Assembly: GCA_964016885.1 (NCBI GenBank)
Contig: OZ024740.1
Span: 348,006,001 to 348,070,000 of the forward strand
Direction: 5' to 3'
DNA: 64,000 nucleotides
Source of the DNA: Eledone cirrhosa
Taxonomy: Eukaryota
Shown: piece after piece, positions 57,268 to 64,000 of the stretch
How the letters are laid out: every line of letters starts with the position of its first letter
Position numbering within the stretch: the first letter of the stretch is position 1
Notes under the pieces: generated by a model
Told to the model about the DNA's origin: nothing
The model's database searches: none
Seen by the model: the letters and a program-made list of their open reading frames with translations, nothing else
Program-made: the position numbers and the translations under genes

Positions 57268-57576
57268 TAAGGCGAATTGTCAGAGTCGTCAGCCCGTCAG
57301 ATGGAACACTTTGCGGTATACATTTCGGCCCCCGGCCCTCTGAGTACCACTCCCATCGAGGTCAACATTGTCTTTTATCCAAAGTATCAATTAACGATTA
57401 GCTCCAACCATCCATAATATCTCTTTCCCACGTCCATTCTCTCACACTCTATCATTCTCTAAAAGAAATCTACGATATTCAGACTTGGAAAGGAGATGGG
57501 ATCCACCAGGTTTGAAAGTACCAAAGAAAAGCCGTATGTCGATACGGCACCCTAATGACTACGTCGGGAGTTTCGA
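57268..57576 (+). mobile_element. Old SINE with alternative tail
   Basis: tRNA-like head ggcgaattgtcagagtcgtcag. Tail ccaccaggtttgaaagtacc..ccgtatgtcgatacggcacccta..cgggagtt is homologous to 48030-48170 and 52028-52330. Confidence 0.6.
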
Positions 57577-57626
57577 CATCATCTATCTACCTATCTACCT
57601 ATATACACATCTATCTAGCCCCCCCC

Positions 57627-57703
<77 letters not shown>

Positions 57704-57708
<5 letters not shown>

Positions 57709-57920
57709 GTGGTTACACAACAGTTAGTCCACCAAACCGAGACAATTGTTTCACCTTAGCGGATCCTCAGCTCGTAATCGATTACGAGGTGAGGATCCGC
57801 TAAGGTGAAACAATTGTTCTCGGTATGGTGAACTAACTGTTGTGTAACCACTTCTACCCAACTCGTCCCATGGACTGAGTGCTCTGCCACTACGGATATT
57901 ACCTTCCAGTGTTCCACCAC
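57704..57920. mobile_element. Hairpin PLE stub, family C, with hammerhead in both arms, in (TA)n
   Basis: About 76-bp arms centred on aatcgatt (57776-57783). The minus arm reads cgag-CTGAGGA-tccgctaaggt-GAAA-caattg-TC. The 64-nt tail has gagtgc. Confidence 0.8.
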
Positions 57921-57928
57921 TATATATT

Positions 57929-57961
<33 letters not shown>

Positions 57962-58121
57962 CTGTCTGTTTGTCTGTATGTATGCATATATGATGTGTAT
58001 ATACATACGTATGATAACAGCTTTAAGCACGATCATATTTGCCCTCGAGTCAGTAGTTTTAGGGTTATATAAATATATATATATATATTATTATTATTAT
58101 CATATATATATATATATATAT

Positions 58122-58281
58122 AACGAAGGTGTTGTGGTAAGAAACCAGATGGACCATAACGCACAAGAGTACTCAACACTTGGGGGAGTAGAGTGGGTAA
58201 TAGGAAAATGTATGATCCCGACGGCAAGGCTCAAGCCGTAGAAACGGCTTGAGCTCTGCCGTCGGTGTCATACATTTTCCC
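58122..58281. mobile_element. Hairpin PLE stub, family A (opposite orientation, different turn point)
   Basis: ggaaaatgtatgatcccgacggcaaggctcaagccgt-aga-aacggcttgagctctgccgtcggtgtcatacattttcc plus tail; (TA)n on both sides. Confidence 0.78.
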
Positions 58282-58398
58282 ATATATATATATATATATA
58301 TATGTGTGTATGTAAAAGGTAAACAGAAATAACAACACAATCGGTACAGTATATGGAAGGTATATATTAGGTTAACGCCTGATACAGCAGGAAGAGGG

Positions 58399-58434
58399 TC
58401 TTAACGTTTCAGACGCTAGCCCTTCATCAGAAGA
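58399..58434 (-). ncRNA. Minimal PLE-type hammerhead motif
   Basis: Reverse complement: tctt-CTGATGA-agggctagcgtct-GAAA-cg-TT-aaga. Confidence 0.7.
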
Positions 58435-58559
58435 AAGAATGAAAAATAAAATAGATTAAGGGGACCGGCGGGATGGAATTGGAAAACATGTCTTTAGATA
58501 AAAAAATAGCTCCATTCATGTTGACATGTATATATATATTTTATTATTATTATATTAGA

Positions 58560-58762
58560 AGGGGGGATTGGCAGTATCGGTAGAGGGTCAGACACCATGC
58601 TTTCCAGCATAGTTACGTCCCTTTATGATCTGAGTTCAAATTCCGCCGAGGTTGACTTTGCCTTTATCCTTACGGGGTCGATAAAATAAAGTACCAGTAA
58701 TGCACTGCGTAATTGCTGGCCTTGTGCCTAAAGTAGAAACAATTATTATTATTATTATTATT
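58560..58762 (+). mobile_element. Full-length SINE S1 with (ATT)n tail
   Basis: ggattggcagtatcggtagag..gagttcaaattcc..gtgcctaaagtagaaac(att)n. Confidence 0.9.
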
Positions 58763-59662
58763 GTTCTTTGAGTCTCAGTCATTCATGTTAGTTAACTGGA
58801 ATGTTTGTTGAAATGAATATCAAGCCACTACCTGCAGCCTCAGATATTCAGGACGTATCGGAGGGTTCTTGCTGTTCCCACAAGCATGCCTTTTGAAGTG
58901 TTCCAAAAAAACCGGAGCTCTTGCACTCTCGTGTCGAATGGGCAGGCCACATCCACTATCAGGCACGATCTTTTTTCCTTGTCCAAAACAACCAGGTCAG
59001 GTCTATTGTGTTCCAGTTTCTTGTCCGTCTGTGTCCTAAAATCCCACAGCACCTTCACCTGATCGTTTTCTATCACCGACTCTGGCTTATACTCATACCA
59101 CTTCTCAGAATGTGGTAAATTGTTTACTTTGCATAGGTGCCAGTGGATCACCCCGCCAATCACATCATGTCTCCAGCCTTTATAGTGAGTCTGGGCTGGG
59201 TGTTTACACTCGGATACAATGTGAGCCACAGTCTCCTCTCTCTCTCCACAGATCCTGCATTGTGGGCTAGCCTCCTCCTTGTAAATATGGTGTTTCAGCC
59301 ACTTCGTTTTGAGGGCCTGCTCTTGCGCAGCCATTAGCATTCCTTCTGTAGCCTTTTTAAGGTCTCCTCTTCTCAACCAGTTCCATGTCTGTGGATCTCT
59401 GAATTCCGTTTTCTCAAAGAAGGTATCATGAAGGGATTTTTCATGAAGGTTGCTCTTTCTCCTTGTTGTTATTTCCTCCTTGGACATCCCCTGGTCTATT
59501 GTCCTCTCCTTCAGTACAATTCTGAGCATTGGCTCCTTACTATCGGTCACGTATTTCTGTAGGTTGTTTTTCTCCATCTGAACACAGTCTTCTATGCTGA
59601 TAAGACCTCTTCCACCTTCAGATCTCCTTAAGTAGAGTCTATCGACATCACTCTTCTTGTGG
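58763..59662 (-). mobile_element. R4/Dong-clade non-LTR retrotransposon 3' fragment (CCHC plus RLE), between (TAA)n tracts
   Basis: DVDRLYLRRSEGGRGL, AAQEQAL, CRICGEREETVAHIVSEC, RHD, VLWD, NRPDLV, IVDVACPFD, GTARTLR. An internal deletion removes the KxxKY region. (ATT)n at 58742-58762 and 59664-59705. Confidence 0.9.
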
Positions 59663-59663
59663 A

Positions 59664-59703
<40 letters not shown>

Positions 59704-59705
<2 letters not shown>

Positions 59706-59795
59706 GACTTTGCCTTTCATCCTTACGGGGTGGTTAAAATAAAGTACCAGTAATGCACTGGGTAATTGCTGGCCTTGTGCCTAAAGTAGAAATTA
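59704..59795 (+). mobile_element. 5'-truncated SINE S1 in (ATT)n
   Basis: ttgactttgcctttcatccttacgggg..gtgcctaaagtagaaatt. Confidence 0.85.
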
Positions 59796-59827
59796 TTATT
59801 ATTATTATTATATATTATTATTATTGT

Positions 59828-59863
<36 letters not shown>

Positions 59864-60494
59864 GGATATTATTCCAGTTCGTCTAATGAATTGCCGACAC
59901 ACAAAAGAATATAGAAACCAGAAGAGAACAAGTGTGAAGTTTATTGTTCATTTATTGTTTTCCATAATTGTTATTATGTCATCTACTGCTACTTCATTCT
60001 AATGAAGAGGATATTCTTGTTGCTTCATGACAATTCATTTTAACGATTATGTAGACACTGATATATGTGTGATAAATCTAATACTTTAGAGAACTTACGC
60101 TAATTTGCAAGATGCTGGAGCTCAGCTAATAAGGGAAAGGGACTAGTTCGACACCTTGTCTATAGAAGTATATATTAATATATATCCTAACTATCTTCTT
60201 TTTAGTCTTTTTAATGAGAGGTAATTATCGTAGGCATAAAATGACAATTAAGTAATATGCCGTTTACGGCCAGGAAATTCCTTTTAGCGTACACGCATCT
60301 ATAGAATACTCACCTATTTACACGTTTATTGACGAGTTAGCCGTCCAGCTTTTCAAATAACTTCTCCGTAGAATCAGATGGAGGATCCATCATCGGGAAT
60401 ACAATTATACAATATAATAAACTCAATAAGATTTGGCTGCAAATTTCGGTGTATACGTATATATATATATATATATATATCAGGATATACGTGA

Positions 60495-60530
<36 letters not shown>

Positions 60531-60845
60531 GTGCGTGTGTGTGTGTGTGTGTGGGTGCGTGCATGTGTGATTTAACATATTTTAAGGAAAATTATAGATT
60601 AGTAAATAACACTTTTTTATATAACCATTATTGTTATTTTATGTCCAGTTCAACTCTGATTGAGCTAGAATACGACTTTAAATCTTATTGAATATTATCA
60701 AAGAAATTCCAACCATATTTATAACCAGTGAAATTAAGAAAATAAATTTAAAATTGCATGTCCTTACGGTATCAGGTGCGTTATTAGAAACGATTGATTC
60801 TCTTTAACCTTAGTCATGTGTGTGTATATTTATAATTAGATTTAG

Positions 60846-60911
<66 letters not shown>

Positions 60912-61002
60912 ATATGTCTATATATATATATAGAGAGAGAGATATATATATGTATAGAGAGAGACATATATATACATACATATACATACATACATACATA
61001 CA

Positions 61003-61093
<91 letters not shown>

Positions 61094-61095
<2 letters not shown>

Positions 61096-61239
61096 GTTAT
61101 TCCGGGTTGAATCGGAGGTAACCACAGTAAGTAAGGTAATCAATAGATAGCAGAGTATAAAAGTTTTAATATAGATGAGATTCTATTCCTGATGATTTCT
61201 AAAGAATGAAACAGTTCTAGTCCTGTACAATCTAATCTT

Positions 61240-61245
<6 letters not shown>
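61094..61245 (+). mobile_element. Family B PLE stub with complete hammerhead core
   Basis: Inverted tail and arm, then ttc-CTGATGA-tttctaaagaat-GAAA-cagttctag-TC-ctgta. Confidence 0.78.
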
Positions 61246-61278
<33 letters not shown>

Positions 61279-61287
<9 letters not shown>

Positions 61288-61398
61288 TGAGATTCTACAG
61301 GACTAGAACTGTTTCATTCTTTAGAAATCATAAGGAATAGAATCTCATCTATATTAAAACTTTTTACTGTGGTTACCTCTGATTCAGCCCGGTATAAC

Positions 61399-61400
<2 letters not shown>
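61279..61400 (-). mobile_element. Family B PLE stub, inverted relative to 61094-61245
   Basis: Same gagattcta|ttcc junction, with an internal deletion of about 30 bp and several substitutions. Confidence 0.78.
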
Positions 61401-61495
<95 letters not shown>

Positions 61496-61542
61496 TGTAT
61501 GCATGTATGTATGTATATATGTATGTATATATGAACTATATA

Positions 61543-61931
61543 GAGAGATGACCCCATAGCCTTTGTCAAGGCAGAATTCTAGGAGAAGGAAAACTCTGAT
61601 ATAACACCTGCAACCCTGATGGTATCCAATGATGTTGACTTGTTCTTCTTTTTGGTAAATATCATCTTGGTTAAGAGAGTGGGACTGGCTTTGTGCAGTG
61701 CCTTTGCTCACTATAAAAGCTTCACGGCACAGGCATTGCTTTTTATCTGGAGAACTCTCTGCACTTGTCGTCACATGGTACCCAGGGCCCAGCACAATGT
61801 GTCAGTAATTGTCACAAGTGTAGTGTTTGTACCAGAGTTTTCAAGTCGCTGGCTGGCAGCGCATCGGTAGGGGTTCTCCTACATGGATATAAAGTAGTGG
61901 CCGTACTCGAAAACGAGTTGGCAGCCACCAT
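61543..61931 (+). mobile_element. Family G element
   Basis: Matches 42150-42555 with a small internal deletion; TATG-rich flanks. Confidence 0.85.
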
Positions 61932-61944
61932 GTATATATGTATG

Positions 61945-61976
<32 letters not shown>

Positions 61977-62008
61977 TATAAATATATATAAATATATATA
62001 AATATATG

Positions 62009-62078
<70 letters not shown>

Positions 62079-62099
62079 TGTATATATATATATATATAT

Positions 62100-62360
62100 A
62101 TAAAATAAAGTTAAATAAAACTCAAATGATTAAAATTTAGCTTCGTTTATTACTGCTATATATATTTCAGTGACAGCCATCTTTGGCTGTGACCTCTTCA
62201 GGCAGTCTGAATTAGTATGGTATAGACAAGTAAATTTTAATCATTTGACTATTGTTTAACTTTATTTTACACTACTCCGGAGTAACCAAACCAACCTGAG
62301 CACTTCGTCGAGTGCTCCAGCCTGCATATTGAGGTGTTGGTATACAACCAACATAAACTC

Positions 62361-62364
<4 letters not shown>
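62100..62364. mobile_element. Inverted-arm PLE stub, family D, with intact hammerhead
   Basis: Arms taaaataaagttaaa..aaatgattaaaattt / aaattttaatcattt..tttaactttatttta. Tail ctactccggagtaaccaaacc..gagcacttcgtcgagtgctc is also seen at about 44906-44955. Confidence 0.75.
62152..62206 (-). ncRNA. Type I hammerhead ribozyme
   Basis: Reverse complement: actgc-CTGAAGA-ggtcacagcca-aaga-tggctgtcact-GAAA-tatata-TA-gcagt-AATAAA. Confidence 0.8.
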
Positions 62365-62441
<77 letters not shown>

Positions 62442-62630
62442 GTATGTATATATCTATGTATATATATATGTATGTATATATCTATGTATATATATATATG
62501 TATGTATATATCTATGTATATATATATATATGTATGTATATATCTATGTATATATATGTATGTATATATCTATGTATATATATATATGTATGTATATATC
62601 TATGTATATATATATATATATGTATATATC

Positions 62631-62669
<39 letters not shown>

Positions 62670-62674
62670 ATATC

Positions 62675-62715
<41 letters not shown>

Positions 62716-62720
62716 ATATC

Positions 62721-62761
<41 letters not shown>

Positions 62762-62830
62762 ATATCTATGTATGTATATATATATATGTATGTATATATC
62801 TATGTATATATATATATATGTATATATATG

Positions 62831-62861
<31 letters not shown>

Positions 62862-62996
62862 ATATCTATATATATGTATATATGTATGTATGTATATATG
62901 TATGTATATATGTATGTATGTATATGTATGTATATATATATGTATGTATATATATATGTATTTATGTATATATATGTATGTATATATATATATATG

Positions 62997-63042
<46 letters not shown>

Positions 63043-63048
63043 TATATG

Positions 63049-63111
<63 letters not shown>

Positions 63112-63116
63112 GTATG

Positions 63117-63152
<36 letters not shown>

Positions 63153-63231
63153 TAAATATAAATTTATATATATATTTATATATATATATATATATGCCCA
63201 TATAAATATATATATATGTCTATATATATAC

Positions 63232-63264
<33 letters not shown>

Positions 63265-63319
63265 TGTATGTATATATATATATATATATAAATATAAATT
63301 TATATATATATTTATATAT
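62365..63319. repeat. About 950-bp compound (CT)/(TA)/(TATG)/(TATC) microsatellite
   Basis: Directly visible. Recurrent higher-order unit tatgtatgtatatatctatg(ta)n. Confidence 0.97.
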
Positions 63320-64000
63320 GAAAAAGAACACAAGAGCGTCTACAACATCAAAAGATTTTATTGGCTAACAATGTTTCTTCCTTACGTGTAACCGTAGGAT
63401 TCATCAGAGCTATAAAAGGGGTTTGATTGGTGTTATGGACTCTACCAACCAAACACCCAAGAACAAAGAGTAAAGAGAGTAAAGAGCAAAAGTAGGGGAC
63501 GATAAGTCTAATTTTGGTGCGGGAGGGTGGGGTGTTGGTCCTTGTTTACTAGCTGCGGTCATCGGGGGTCGGGTGGTTAGCTGAACCATAGATGGGGTGG
63601 CGTGGATAGTATGGTGCAGAGGGTGCGCAGAGGCTACACAAACACAAAGGGCGTAGAATACATATATACATATAGCGGAGGAGAAGGTACATGAGGTAAT
63701 TAGAAATGGAAAAAGAGTAATAATAATAATCTATAATTAATAGTGTATAATAAGGCATGGGGAAGATTACACTATAATAAGGTATAAAGGTAAGAATAAG
63801 GTAAAATATAAAGGAGGATAAAAGTGGAAATAATAATAAAGATAAAAAATATATAGAGAATATATAAGGAAATATAAGCGAATATTTGGAGGGGAAAACA
63901 CAATGTAAAAAAAACGATTTTTTTCAAACAATAATAAAAAATAATAAAAATATAATAATTATGGGGGGAGAAAACAGGATAGAGAAATATGATCAAGTGT
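63320..64000 (-). mobile_element. PLE 3' region/pLTR with hammerhead, running off the window
   Basis: Reverse complement of 63357-63411: gct-CTGATGA-atcctacggttacacgtaaggaa-GAAA-cattg-TT-agcc-AATAAA. Pyrimidine-rich sense strand; abuts the TA array. Confidence 0.7.

Noticed and set aside
62329-63291. Long ORFs rich in Y/I/C/V/M/H/T, here and at about 3683, 10402, 23147, 33626 and 39813
   Set aside because: They are translations of (TA)/(TG)/(CA)/(TATG) microsatellites, which lack stop codons by construction.

Overview
This is AT-rich, microsatellite-saturated eukaryotic (animal) intronic or intergenic DNA. The SINE families and (TA)/(CA)/(TATG)/(GAT) repeats resemble an octopus-type cephalopod genome (inference). 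No host protein-coding gene can be called with confidence, and almost all ORFs in the track are microsatellite artefacts. The real coding content is retroelement-derived. It comprises a CRE-like fragment, two C2H2-finger-bearing RTE LINEs, L1/Tx1 fragments, a CR1-group fragment and an R4/Dong-like RLE element in (TAA)n. There are also two adjacent Penelope-like elements (PLEs): a C-rich Neptune-type copy, and a very young Nematis-type copy with 1.8-kb pseudo-LTRs that is one base away from an intact 773-aa ORF. The most striking pattern is a set of tiny PLE-derived units embedded in (TA)n tracts. They belong to at least six unrelated sequence families and share one architecture: inverted arms, a minimal hammerhead ribozyme and an unpaired tail with a GAGTRC motif about 40-50 nt from the end. 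A second pattern is two non-autonomous RTE-derived families that sit in (TATG)n tracts; one shares its 3' terminus with the RTE LINE in this window.
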